In this document: one piece after another, positions 7,633 to 17,039 of the stretch
Position numbering within the stretch: position 1 is the stretch's first letter
How the letters are laid out: each line of letters starts with the position of its first letter
NCBI GenBank assembly: GCA_002347265.1
Contig: DDYB01000011.1
Span: 93,331 to 157,330 of the forward strand
Length of the DNA stretch: 64,000 nucleotides
Origin: Desulfobacteraceae bacterium UBA2245
GTDB lineage: Bacteria; Desulfobacterota; Desulfobacteria; Desulfobacterales; UBA2245
Direction of reading: 5' to 3'
The notes under the pieces: generated by a model
The model's database searches: none
What the model saw: only the letters and a program-made list of their open reading frames with translations
Told to the model about the DNA's origin: nothing
Position numbers and translations under genes: made by a program

Positions 7633-8814
7633 ATGAGGCCCGGTTTACGGTATTTCGCGGCAAGCTTCGTGATATTCTGCTCGGGACTTTTATTCCCGTT
7701 CCAACAGGCTTCCGGGGCTGATACGGATTGCTGGACGCGCTATTTCGGCGAGCCCGGCAGCGTCATCACGGATGTTGTTTCCAATCCACAGGGAATATGG
7801 ATTGCCGGGCGCATTGCAGAAGAAGGATCCAGCCCGACGCTCTGGATCGCGTTGCTGGATTCGAAGAGCCGGGTTCAATGGCAGCAACGGCTTCCGGCCA
7901 CAGGGTACCAGCTGTATCCCAGACTGTCCTCGAGCCTTGAGAGCATGTGGGTGATCGCCGAAACACCCCTGCCCTCCGTACCCGCACCCGGCGGCGGGTC
8001 TTTAACTTCAAGCCAGGTCTGGATCGGAAAAATAAACCTCAATGGTCAGTTGATCGGTCAGCAGACGCTGGCTCCCCATCGGGTCAATACCGTACAGGCA
8101 GCATCCGGCATCGAGGATGGCGGCGTCCTGCTGGCCGGGCTTGTCGAAACCGGCGCGGATATGCACAGCAGGGGATGGATCGCTCAGCTGGACAGAGAGG
8201 GAAAACTGATCCGGCAGCAGATTCTGCCGCAGGTCTCCTGGCTTTCATGCCTGAAGAAGATGGATGCAGATCAATGGCTGATTGCGGGCACAGCGCATGA
8301 AAAAGAGGGGGGTCAACGGCCCTGGCTGGCTGTTGTCAACCGAAGGGGCGATATCCAGCAATCCTGGAAACCGGATATTCAGGGCTTCTGCCTCTACAGC
8401 GCCCTGGCGGTTTCAAACGACTTCTGGCTTGCGGGTGAATGGACCGCCGCCCGAAGCGGGGCAGGATTGATCCGCATGGATCGAACCAGCGGGCTCGTCA
8501 CGGAGTATTCCGCAACCGGATTTTCCGTGCTGCGGTTGCTCGCCGTTGAACCGCGCGGCCTGCTTGCAGGCGGGAACGGCATGGGCGAAAATCAGCCGGC
8601 CGCGCCCGAAAGCGCTCCCGGCTGGTTAAGCCTGAATCCAGGGGGGATGGAGAGCCATATGTGCTCTCAGAAAATTCCTGAAGCGCCCGCCGAGGTGAGT
8701 CGTTTGAGGCACCTGCCCTGCGGCGAGCTGCACGCCTGGGTCGGCTGCATCAGGCCCATGTATATCAATCCGGACAATCCGGTTCCGCATGCTGCGCCCA
8801 AGTCCGTCAAGTAA
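7633..8814 (+). CDS. secreted repeat protein, beta-propeller-like (hypothetical)
   Basis: Signal peptide (…FCSGLLFPFQQASGADT). Roughly six repeats of ~50-60 aa of the pattern W[IL]AG…G…W[IL]A…[DN]..G…Q. SD AGGGAGA lies before the ATG at 7633. Confidence 0.6.
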   Translation: MRPGLRYFAASFVIFCSGLLFPFQQASGADTDCWTRYFGEPGSVITDVVSNPQGIWIAGRIAEEGSSPTLWIALLDSKSRVQWQQRLPATGYQLYPRLSSSLESMWVIAETPLPSVPAPGGGSLTSSQVWIGKINLNGQLIGQQTLAPHRVNTVQAASGIEDGGVLLAGLVETGADMHSRGWIAQLDREGKLIRQQILPQVSWLSCLKKMDADQWLIAGTAHEKEGGQRPWLAVVNRRGDIQQSWKPDIQGFCLYSALAVSNDFWLAGEWTAARSGAGLIRMDRTSGLVTEYSATGFSVLRLLAVEPRGLLAGGNGMGENQPAAPESAPGWLSLNPGGMESHMCSQKIPEAPAEVSRLRHLPCGELHAWVGCIRPMYINPDNPVPHAAPKSVK

Positions 8815-8983
8815 TATTCCATGGCGCCGCGCGCATCTCGAACTGTGCGGAAAAAGAACCAGCAAAGCGAATTTCCTTGAAAAGAAAACGGGCTTCGTCT
8901 TATTTTTTTGGACAGCAACTACAGCGAATGCCGTCAACATGACCTTTCACAGGAGCTGAGGTGCAACAAGGCGGAACAGCGGA

Positions 8984-9010
8984 GAAAAAAAGCCCCGAAA
9001 TTTCGGGGCT
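8984..9010 (-). terminator. rho-independent terminator downstream of tRNA-Leu
   Basis: Palindrome AGCCCCGAAATTTCGGGGCT followed on the minus strand by TTTTTT. Confidence 0.6.
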
Positions 9011-9045
9011 TTCCGAACGATACCGGACGGTATCGGAATGTGTGG

Positions 9046-9132
9046 TGGTGCCGGAGGTCGGAATCGAACCGACATGCCCTTGCGGGCGGAGGATTTTGAG
9101 TCCTCTGCGTCTACCAGTTTCACCACTCCGGC
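9046..9132 (-). tRNA. tRNA-Leu (anticodon CAA), CCA encoded
   Basis: Hand-folded cloverleaf: acceptor GCCGGAG/CTCCGGC, D-arm GTGGTGAAACTGGTAGAC, anticodon loop CTCAAAA, long variable arm, T-arm GTCGG-TTCGATT-CCGAC. 87 nt. Confidence 0.93.
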
Positions 9133-9223
9133 GTTATTTTTCAGCTTTATAGGCAAAACCCTGCTGATTTGTCAATACAATTGGTTTTCATTCGGACGGT
9201 TTGATCCACCCGCCGACAAACCA

Positions 9224-9889
9224 TCATCGGGAAAGCGCCGCACATATTGCTTCGGCCGGAACTGCGCCCTCCCTGAGAACATGGAGTTTGCCTGAGCTCA
9301 CATCCACAACGGTGGAGCCTGCACCGCCCTTCAAAGGGCCGGCATTCAGAATCATGTCCACGCGTTCGGCCAGGGCCGGGTCGATCCCGGAAACACTTGA
9401 ACAGCCGCCGGCGCCGGAGATATTGGCGCTGGTGCCTGTAATGGGAATGCCGGCCGCTCGAACCAGAGCCGCCGCCACCGGATGGGCGGGCATCCTCACA
9501 CCGATTTTCCCGGTCCCGGCCGTCAGGTTGGCAGGAAGCCCCGGAACCGCTTCCAGAACAATCGTCACGCCTCCGGGCCAGAAGGCGTCCATGATTTTGC
9601 GCGCCGCGGGCGGCACATGCCTTACCAGAAGTTCCAGCATCTCCATTCCGGATATCAGCACGAGTATCGGTTTGGCCTTTGACCGGCCCTTGATCGCAAA
9701 AATCTTCGAAATTGCCTGCGCATTCAGGGCATCGGCGCCCAGTCCGTACAGACCGGTTGTCGGAAAAACCACCACGCCCCCCTGAAGAATGCGGTCAGCG
9801 GCCTGCCGGATCAGATCCGTTTGCGGACTGACAGGATCGATCGCGCGTATCTTCTCAGAAAGCTTTAAGTGCTCTGTCTTTCCGTTCAA
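9224..9889 (-). CDS. tsaC: L-threonylcarbamoyladenylate synthase (YrdC/TsaC family), paralog 1
   Basis: YrdC-domain motifs GGVVVFPTTGLYGLGADA and KGRSKAKPILVL…RMP. TTG start at 9889, so the gene overlaps the purD-purE stop by 35 nt. Confidence 0.8.
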   Translation of the reverse strand: MNGKTEHLKLSEKIRAIDPVSPQTDLIRQAADRILQGGVVVFPTTGLYGLGADALNAQAISKIFAIKGRSKAKPILVLISGMEMLELLVRHVPPAARKIMDAFWPGGVTIVLEAVPGLPANLTAGTGKIGVRMPAHPVAAALVRAAGIPITGTSANISGAGGCSSVSGIDPALAERVDMILNAGPLKGGAGSTVVDVSSGKLHVLREGAVPAEAICAALSR

Positions 9890-11624
9890 CGCTTTTCACG
9901 AGTTCTTCTTTAAAGTACTTGAGCTTTTGCGCCAGTTCCGGATCGGACAGGGCAAGAATCTGGGCCGCCAGAATGCCGGCATTTCTCGCCCCGGCTTTTC
10001 CGATCGATACGGTGGCCACCGGAACGCCCGCGGGCATCTGTACGGTCGAAAGCAGCGCATCCAGTCCATTGAGGGCCGAGGAATCGATCGGCACGCCGAT
10101 CACGGGAATGGCTGCATGGGCCGCCAGCACGCCGGCCAGATGCGCCGCATGACCGGCGCCGGCAATGATGACTCGAACCCCCCGATCCCCGGCTGTTTCG
10201 GCCAGATGCGCGACCTTGTGAGGCGTACGGTGGGCCGACGCCGCATGAAGCTCAAAAGGAATGTCGAATTTATGAAGCATTGCCACGGATTCGCTCATGA
10301 TGCTGAAATCCGAATCACTTCCCATGACGATGCTTGCCAGCGGTTTTTGATTCAAGCGGCGCACCGCTTTTTGACCGATATCGCGCCGATAATGCGCCCT
10401 GTCCCATTGTATCTTTGAAACGGCGCCGTATGCCTTTGAAATGGCATCTTCAACCGTATCTCCCAAGGCGGTGACGCCGAGCACCCGGCCGCCGCTGGTT
10501 ACCACGGCGTCCCCGTCAAGCCTGGTTCCGGCGTGAAACACCATGACATCACGAATCTTACGAGCCTCCTTGAGGCCCGAGATCGGAATTCCCTTTGCAT
10601 AGCCGGCCGGATACCCGCCCGAGGCCATCACCACGCACACCGAAGCGCGTTCATCAATCTCCAGGCGGCATTGATCCAGCCGTTCATCGATCACGGCTTC
10701 CATTAAGGGCACAATATCGTTTTTGACGCGCATCAGAAGCGGCTGGGCCTCCGGATCTCCAAAGCGGCAATTGTATTCGAGCACCTTGATCCGGTCTCCG
10801 GAAATCATCAATCCGGCATACAGAATTCCCTTGTAAGGTCTTCCTTCGGCCGCCATGGCCCGTATGGTCGGAATCATCACCTCATTCATCACCCGGTCGT
10901 GCATGTAGCGGTCCACGAGCGGGGCCGGCGAATACGCGCCCATTCCGCCGGTGTTGGGGCCCTTGTCATCATCGTAAACGGGCTTGTGATCCTGAGAGGA
11001 AGGGAGCGGCAAAACGGTTTTTCCGTCGGAAAAGGCAAGAAAAGAGGCTTCTTCTCCGGTCAGACACTCCTCGATCACCACCTTATGGCCCGCATCCCCG
11101 AAATTCTGATCAACCATGATGCTTTTGAGGGCGTCCAGGGCCTCGGATTCGGAAGCGCAGACGATCACACCCTTTCCGGCCGCAAGCCCGTCGGCCTTGA
11201 CCACAATGGGGGCGCCCATCTTTCGAATACAGGCCTGGGCCTTGCGATAGCTGGTAAATGTCTGCCCCTGGGCCGTCGGAATCCCGTACTGGGTCATGAT
11301 GTATTTGGAAAAGGACTTGCTGGACTCCAGCTCGGCGGCCCTGCGGATCGACCCGAAAATCCTCAGACCGGCGGCCTCAAACTGATCGACAATCCCTGAG
11401 GCCAGGGGGGCCTCCGGCCCGACCACCGTCAGATCGACCCGGTTTTTCTTTGCGAAAGCAAACAGCGCATCCACATCTTCCGCGGCAATGGGAACGCAAA
11501 CCGCCAGGTCGGCAATTCCGGCATTTCCCGGCGCGCAGAATATCTTCCTGACCTTGGGGCTTTGCGCAATTTTCCACACCAGGGCGTGTTCTCTTCCGCC
11601 GCCGCCTACTACCAAGACTTTCAT
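9855..11624 (-). CDS. purD/purE: fused phosphoribosylamine--glycine ligase (PurD) and PurE-type carboxyaminoimidazole ribonucleotide mutase
   Basis: aa 1-~425 are PurD (MKVLVVGGGGREHAL…, ATP-grasp). aa ~428-589 are PurE (IVMGSDSD…SAHRTP…GAGHAAHLAGV…PVIGVP). One uninterrupted 589-aa ORF. Confidence 0.9.
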   Translation of the reverse strand: MKVLVVGGGGREHALVWKIAQSPKVRKIFCAPGNAGIADLAVCVPIAAEDVDALFAFAKKNRVDLTVVGPEAPLASGIVDQFEAAGLRIFGSIRRAAELESSKSFSKYIMTQYGIPTAQGQTFTSYRKAQACIRKMGAPIVVKADGLAAGKGVIVCASESEALDALKSIMVDQNFGDAGHKVVIEECLTGEEASFLAFSDGKTVLPLPSSQDHKPVYDDDKGPNTGGMGAYSPAPLVDRYMHDRVMNEVMIPTIRAMAAEGRPYKGILYAGLMISGDRIKVLEYNCRFGDPEAQPLLMRVKNDIVPLMEAVIDERLDQCRLEIDERASVCVVMASGGYPAGYAKGIPISGLKEARKIRDVMVFHAGTRLDGDAVVTSGGRVLGVTALGDTVEDAISKAYGAVSKIQWDRAHYRRDIGQKAVRRLNQKPLASIVMGSDSDFSIMSESVAMLHKFDIPFELHAASAHRTPHKVAHLAETAGDRGVRVIIAGAGHAAHLAGVLAAHAAIPVIGVPIDSSALNGLDALLSTVQMPAGVPVATVSIGKAGARNAGILAAQILALSDPELAQKLKYFKEELVKSVERKDRALKAF

Positions 11625-11707
11625 TCGACCTCCATTCCATGGCGGGCTTTTCCGGCAATCCGGAAACCAAAACCGCCGGGAGTTGCTGTCTCTGTTGGAA
11701 ATATGTC

Positions 11708-12649
11708 TTATCGATCCTTATGGGCCTGAATGCTCAGATCTATCAGCGTGTCCAGCAGTTCGGAAAACGAGATGCCGGCAGCCCCGGCCGCCAGCGGAAA
11801 CAGGCTTGTGGGCGTCATGCCGGGGATGGTGTTTGTCTCCAGCACATAGATATCGCGATCGCGCAGAATCATATCGGTACGGCTGTACCCCCTGCAGAAC
11901 AGGGCCTGATGCGCCATTTTGGCATAGGTCTGCGCCTTTTCGGTCAAGGCCTCGTCGATACGCGCCGGACATATCTCCCGCGTGGCGCCGGGCGTATATT
12001 TGGCCTGGAAATCAAAAAACTCATACCCTTCTCCGGGCAGAATTTCCACGATCGGCAAGGCCCGCAGTTCATCATTGCCCAGAACGCCGCCGGTCAGCTC
12101 AATGCCCTTGATAAAGGACTCAATCAAAACGACATCATCATACCGCCCGGCGGTTGCAAGCGCTTCCGGCAGATCGGCTTCGGATTTTACAATGGACATG
12201 CCGATGCTTGAGCCCCCGTTGGCGGGTTTGACCACAACCGGATATCCCAGCCGCGATCCTATGGACGCCGTATCCGGCCGATCTTTTCGATGGATCACGA
12301 TATAAGGGGGCGTTGGAAGCCCCATCTGATCGTAAAGCTGCTTGGATGCCAGTTTATTCATGCCGATGGCGCTGCCGATAACGCCGGAGCCCTGGTAGGG
12401 GATATCCAGCAGGTCCAGCAGGCCCTGCACGGTGCCGTCTTCACCCCGGATTCCGTGGAGAATGATCAGGGCCACGTCGATCTGACCGGCATCGGCTACA
12501 AGCCGGTTTAAATCCGTGCTGGGGTCATACCGAAGGACCCGGTACCGCTGCTTGTCCAGCGCTTCAAACACCTGGTCGCCGCTTTTTAAGGACACCTCCC
12601 GCTCCGATGATCTTCCGCCGGAGAGCACTGCCACGGTAAGCTTTTTCAT
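11708..12649 (-). CDS. ddl: D-alanine--D-alanine ligase
   Basis: N-terminus KKLTVAVLSGGRSSEREVSLKSG, ATP-grasp body, and ETNTIPGMT near the C-terminus. ATG at 12649 preferred to the TTG at 12658. Confidence 0.9.
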   Translation of the reverse strand: MKKLTVAVLSGGRSSEREVSLKSGDQVFEALDKQRYRVLRYDPSTDLNRLVADAGQIDVALIILHGIRGEDGTVQGLLDLLDIPYQGSGVIGSAIGMNKLASKQLYDQMGLPTPPYIVIHRKDRPDTASIGSRLGYPVVVKPANGGSSIGMSIVKSEADLPEALATAGRYDDVVLIESFIKGIELTGGVLGNDELRALPIVEILPGEGYEFFDFQAKYTPGATREICPARIDEALTEKAQTYAKMAHQALFCRGYSRTDMILRDRDIYVLETNTIPGMTPTSLFPLAAGAAGISFSELLDTLIDLSIQAHKDR

Positions 12650-12685
12650 AGAATTCAACTTTCAAGCCAAATCACATCATTATCC

Positions 12686-13186
12686 TCATTCGCGAAACAA
12701 GTTTCCTTTTGCCTGATTAAATTCATCCAGCGTAATCAGCCCTTTTTCCAAAAGGCGGGAAAGTTCGGTAAGTTCTCTGATGCGAACCGTTGTCGGATCC
12801 TCCAGTTGAAGCGGATGGGAATAGTTCTGGGTTCCCAGCGCCGGCGGGGTCGATGGAGCGCCGACGCGAATTGAGGCCACTCCTCCCAGAAAACTGACTT
12901 CAACAGGACGCCCGTTGAACATGGGAGAGTTCAAGGTATCCCGAATCGACCGGCCTTCCGACTTGATCCTGCGATAAAACAGGTAGGTTGCCAACAAGAT
13001 CAGTGCGGAAACGCCCAGAAAGATCCAGATCATGTAATTGACGAATCCACGAAAAAAAAGGACCAGCAAGCCGATCGCGATGATCAGAATTACATGAAGG
13101 ATCAATATGACAAAGGCCATCGAAACGCTTTTAAACAGGCCGCTGCCTTCCTTCTTAAAGTTTTCGTTCATTTGTTGTCTGCGCAT
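12686..13186 (-). CDS. membrane protein with a C-terminal SHOCT-like motif
   Basis: Two or three TM helices, then LSRLLEKGLITLDEFNQAKGNLF at the C-terminus (SHOCT-type short oligomerisation motif). Confidence 0.6.
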   Translation of the reverse strand: MRRQQMNENFKKEGSGLFKSVSMAFVILILHVILIIAIGLLVLFFRGFVNYMIWIFLGVSALILLATYLFYRRIKSEGRSIRDTLNSPMFNGRPVEVSFLGGVASIRVGAPSTPPALGTQNYSHPLQLEDPTTVRIRELTELSRLLEKGLITLDEFNQAKGNLFRE

Positions 13187-13221
13187 TTAAAATATCAAAA
13201 ATCCAGTATGACGCCCTCGGG

Positions 13222-13605
13222 TCAGCGGCGGTCTTTTTTACCAAATCGCTCCACGAGCTTTTGCTCATAACGTTGAGGCATATCAAATGATATGGAAGCC
13301 GACCGCATGGCGTTGAACTTCAATATCAGCAGGTTCAGCTTTTTGAGAGTGCGGTATTTCTCGACCGTATCTTCCATTCCGGCGAGAAGTTCCTCGGTTT
13401 GAACGATCTGCTTCTTAAGCTCGATTTCCGGCGGAAGGCAGTCGGCGTTCTTCAATATTTTATAAGCCAGCCGTATTTCTTCCGGAACCAGGCTGTCGTT
13501 TTCCAAAACCAGAGGCTTGCCCGCGCCGCTGAGATTTTCAAATTCACCCCGTTGCTGCGCGTCCCGTATTCTTTCTTCGACAATTTTTTCAAAACCTGTC
13601 AGCAT
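13222..13605 (-). CDS. DUF1992 (DnaJC28-like) domain protein
   Basis: The N-terminal block IVEERIRDAQQRGEFENLSGAGKPL is typical of DUF1992. Confidence 0.7.
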   Translation of the reverse strand: MLTGFEKIVEERIRDAQQRGEFENLSGAGKPLVLENDSLVPEEIRLAYKILKNADCLPPEIELKKQIVQTEELLAGMEDTVEKYRTLKKLNLLILKFNAMRSASISFDMPQRYEQKLVERFGKKDRR

Positions 13606-13876
13606 GGCGCCTTCGCATCATGATAAATCTTCAAAATCGCCCTTAATTTATACAATCCTCCCATTCTTTTCAAGCACTAATATCGTGTTTCAGGGGACAT
13701 GGCCATCCTCCGGACTAGTTCGTCAGGGCATCATAAGGACAGTTTGAAGAAAATGAGTTCAACGGCGGGCTTCAAAGAATTACTTGCAAATCGGAGAATT
13801 CAGAGGTAAGTGACAAAAAGTTCATGATAACAGGACGCCTTCGAATATAATTTTATCTCAACAAAGGCTGGTAAAG

Positions 13877-14152
13877 ATGAACAAGATGACCGGGTTTGGG
13901 TTTCTCTCATGGTTAGGAAGTTTCGTTCTGATCGGTTTTCAGGCGCTATCCATGATGATGGGCAAAACGGAAAACTGGGAAGACCTTTCCATCACCGACA
14001 TGGCGGGTGCGGACAATATGAGCTGGATTCAGAGCATACCCCTGGAACAGATTCAAGCCGGATTCAACTACCTTGTAACAATGCCCCTGTACCTGCTGCT
14101 TCTCGTCTTTGGCGGCATACTGATTTTTCTCGGCCTCTTTGTGAAAGAATAA
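13877..14152 (+). CDS. small membrane protein (hypothetical)
   Basis: 91 aa with two hydrophobic helices. ATG start. No recognisable motif. Confidence 0.4.
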   Translation: MNKMTGFGFLSWLGSFVLIGFQALSMMMGKTENWEDLSITDMAGADNMSWIQSIPLEQIQAGFNYLVTMPLYLLLLVFGGILIFLGLFVKE

Positions 14153-14335
14153 GACCGGGTCCCGCCATCCTGCAGCCGGACGGGTCGGCAAACCGGTGGT
14201 GTTTCTGAATAAAAGCAGGGACTGAAAGGAGATATCCGCACTCAAAGAATTGCATTTAATGAACAGCAGCGCTGTTTTAATACTCAACGATTGAGTCACC
14301 CTGTTTTCGAACCATACAATGAGAGCTCGGCACTT

Positions 14336-14662
14336 ATGGCGATAGACACTACAGCGGAACGCAGATCCGAACCAAGGGTACCGGCCGATCCATTCAAAAG
14401 AGTTGAAATTTCGATAGCCGGGCTTTCCTCTATTTATCTGTTTTCATTGCGGCACCTGTCCGAGACAGGCTTGGGCATCCTTGTTCAGCAAAGCTCCGAC
14501 ATCGTGAACCACATCAAAGTGGGCGACATTCTGAATATGAAATACCTCGCCCAGAAGCCGGAGCCCGCTGTTGAAATTAAAACGCAAATCAAGCACATCA
14601 CAAAAATCGACGCAGGAAGATACAGGGGGCATTATACTGTGGGATTGAAGATCATCCAGTAG
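14336..14662 (+). CDS. PilZ-like domain protein
   Basis: RxxxR (RSEPR) followed ~30 aa later by a degenerate D/NxSxxG (HLSETG). ATG at 14336 preferred to the TTG at 14291. Confidence 0.55.
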   Translation: MAIDTTAERRSEPRVPADPFKRVEISIAGLSSIYLFSLRHLSETGLGILVQQSSDIVNHIKVGDILNMKYLAQKPEPAVEIKTQIKHITKIDAGRYRGHYTVGLKIIQ

Positions 14663-14734
14663 CCGGTCTGCAATAAAGCCCGTCGATGAGGACTCGTTGC
14701 CGCCTTTTCGAATCAACGAATGCACGCAAGCAGT

Positions 14735-15229
14735 TCAGATCTTGTACTTTCCGAAATCATCCGCAGAGAGTTTTTTCAGGTATTCGGCCCATTTCTCGCC
14801 ATCCTCGCTTTTGTCGGCGGCCTCGCCCTCTGTGCCGGATTTCACCTTTTCCAGCACGCTGTCATCCACACAGATCGGGCTTTGAAACCGCAGGGCCATC
14901 GCAATGGCGTCGCTCGGACGCGCATCCATGCTGAAACGTTTTTCGCCCTGGGAAAAGTGGATTCTGGAGTAGAAGGTATTGTCCTGAAGATCGCAGACCT
15001 CGACCATGGCGATCTGGAAATGATGCAGATCCAGAAAATTCTTGAAAAGATCATGCGTCATGGGTCTTTCGAAACTGATATTCTGAAGGGCCGCCGCAAT
15101 CGAGGTGGCTTCCATCAGACCGATCCAGATGTTCAGCGTGCGATCATCCTCAATGGATTTCAGAATCACGATCGGCGTATTGGAGTCCGGGTCCAGGGTC
15201 AGTCCGGCTATGCGCATTCGCTGCAACAT
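14735..15229 (-). CDS. bifunctional nuclease (DUF151/BFN) family protein
   Basis: PIVILKSIEDDRTLNIWIGLMEATSIAAAL…RPMTHDL matches the BFN-domain pattern. Its start overlaps the miaB stop by 22 nt. Confidence 0.8.
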   Translation of the reverse strand: MLQRMRIAGLTLDPDSNTPIVILKSIEDDRTLNIWIGLMEATSIAAALQNISFERPMTHDLFKNFLDLHHFQIAMVEVCDLQDNTFYSRIHFSQGEKRFSMDARPSDAIAMALRFQSPICVDDSVLEKVKSGTEGEAADKSEDGEKWAEYLKKLSADDFGKYKI

Positions 15230-16602
15230 TTTTGAAAACTCCTTTCACGTCCATCGGCCGGGCAGGTCTGAGCAAGCTCTCCCCGAAGCGAATGGGCAAA
15301 GGCCCTCTCGATTCGAAGGGTCGGCATCGCCCCGGTATAGTCGCAGGAACCGAGACCCGTAAAGTTCACCACCTTGTTGCAGGGGGTTCGTCCGGTCCAC
15401 TGCATTCCCATGGCATCCTGTTTTTTTCCCGGACCTTCGACCAGCACGGGCTGAAGGGTTCCAAGCAGGGCCTGGTGTCTGGAGAGGGTGATCTTCTTTT
15501 GCAGGTCCAGAAGTTCGGTCAGCCGGGCCCCTTTTTCCGCCTCATCCACCTTTCCGTCCAGATCGACCGCGGGAACGCCGGGACGATCCGAATATTTGAA
15601 GGCAAAGACGCTGTCGTACCGCACCCGGCGCATCAGGTCCAGAGTCTGCTGGAAATCCTCATCGGTCTCGCCCGGAAACCCCACGATAATATCCGAACTC
15701 AGGGCGATGTCCGGACGGATGTCTCGAAGCCGTTCGATTTTTTCAAGATACTGGTCCCTCGTGTACCTGCGGTTCATACGCTTCAAGACCCGGTCCGATC
15801 CGGCCTGGAACGGAAGATGGATATGGGGGCAGAGCTTTTCCAGACGGCCGAAACAACGCATCAGGTCCGCGGAAAGATCCTTGGGATGCGAGGTGGTGAA
15901 CCGGATGCGCCAGAGGTCATCGATCCCGTTGACCGCTTCCAGTAAATCGGCAAAGGAGCACAGGCCGTGATTTTTCCCGTAGCTGTTGACATTCTGACCC
16001 AGCAGCGTAACCTCGCGGGCGCCGCAGCGAACCAGGCGACGGATCTCGGATAGAATCTCGTCCGGCGTTCGGCTCACTTCCCTTCCCCGCACATAGGGCA
16101 CGATGCAATAGGTGCAGAAATTATTGCACCCTCTCATGATGGTGACAAACCGGCAGGGTCCGGCCGGTGCCTCCGGAATTCCCGCGGGCAATGCGCCGCC
16201 GCAGGGTTCTTCCTGAAACGAAATGTCCACCCGGGCGCGCCGGTCGTCCTGAACCGCTTTGATCAGTCCGGCGATGCGGTCCACTGCCTGAGTCCCGAAA
16301 ACCAGGTCCACATGGGGAGCTCGGGAAAAAACGGACCTTCCTTCCTGCTGGGCCACGCATCCGCCGACGGCAATGATCATTCCGGGCTTTTTTTGCTTCA
16401 GCGCGGCCAGACGGCCCAGAAGGCTGAAGGCCTTTTGTTCGGCCTTTTCCCGTACCGAGCAGGTGTTGACGATGATCAGGTCCGCATCCTCCTCGGCCGG
16501 AACAAGCTCATAACCCAACGGCTTGAGAAGCCGGGCGATCTGCTGTGAATCGTAAACGTTCATCTGACAGCCGATGGTGTGAATATAGAGGCGCTTTTGC
16601 AT
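15208..16602 (-). CDS. miaB: tRNA-2-methylthio-N6-dimethylallyladenosine synthase
   Basis: UPF0004 N-terminus (LYIHTIGCQMNVYDS), radical-SAM CNNFCTYCIVP, and a TRAM C-terminus. ATG at 16602 preferred to the 16695 extension. Confidence 0.9.
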   Translation of the reverse strand: MQKRLYIHTIGCQMNVYDSQQIARLLKPLGYELVPAEEDADLIIVNTCSVREKAEQKAFSLLGRLAALKQKKPGMIIAVGGCVAQQEGRSVFSRAPHVDLVFGTQAVDRIAGLIKAVQDDRRARVDISFQEEPCGGALPAGIPEAPAGPCRFVTIMRGCNNFCTYCIVPYVRGREVSRTPDEILSEIRRLVRCGAREVTLLGQNVNSYGKNHGLCSFADLLEAVNGIDDLWRIRFTTSHPKDLSADLMRCFGRLEKLCPHIHLPFQAGSDRVLKRMNRRYTRDQYLEKIERLRDIRPDIALSSDIIVGFPGETDEDFQQTLDLMRRVRYDSVFAFKYSDRPGVPAVDLDGKVDEAEKGARLTELLDLQKKITLSRHQALLGTLQPVLVEGPGKKQDAMGMQWTGRTPCNKVVNFTGLGSCDYTGAMPTLRIERAFAHSLRGELAQTCPADGRERSFQKCCSECA

Positions 16603-16607
16603 TGGAC

Positions 16608-17033
16608 TCAATCGATCACCTGCTGAAGGAAAACGATCTGTTTGACATCTTCCATGCGGATCTTTACATTGGCGAACTCGGCCTTTCCCAGACACGGGAG
16701 GTCCTGATCCACGGTCATCTCGACCCCGCTGCCGTCCTTTAAGGCGACATTTGCATAAAGCTCCCGGTCTTTGAGAAGAAAATCCACCTGGGCAATCCGT
16801 TCAAACGCAATCGATATCTCAGCCTTGCCGCGCTTTCCGGGAAAATAAACCTGGCCCTGGCAGGAAAACTGTTCAAGGACGACGGAGACATCCTCCTGAT
16901 CCACCAGCTTGACCTTGAAATTTTTTTCGGGTTCGATAAGCTTGACCACCCCTGAGTCGCCGCCGATGCTTCCCATTCCCATCAGCATGCAGCACATGGC
17001 CAGGGCCGCAACCCCATAGCCGACCTTCTTCAT
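16608..17033 (-). CDS. secreted or lipoprotein-like hypothetical protein
   Basis: Signal peptide MKKVGYGVAALAMCCMLMG and SD GGAGG. Sits 5 nt upstream of miaB. Confidence 0.55.
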   Translation of the reverse strand: MKKVGYGVAALAMCCMLMGMGSIGGDSGVVKLIEPEKNFKVKLVDQEDVSVVLEQFSCQGQVYFPGKRGKAEISIAFERIAQVDFLLKDRELYANVALKDGSGVEMTVDQDLPCLGKAEFANVKIRMEDVKQIVFLQQVID

Positions 17034-17039
17034 GACCTT

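Noticed and set aside
5737-9045. Possible genomic islet integrated at tRNA-Leu. It would contain the repeat element, a gene-less stretch, the small Cys protein, the MBL hydrolase and the secreted repeat protein, lying between hsp20 and the tRNA 3' end.
   Set aside because: There is no integrase or recombinase. I found no direct repeat of the tRNA 3' end (…GGAATCGAACCGAC…) anywhere in 5700..9045. The coding parts show no clear compositional break.
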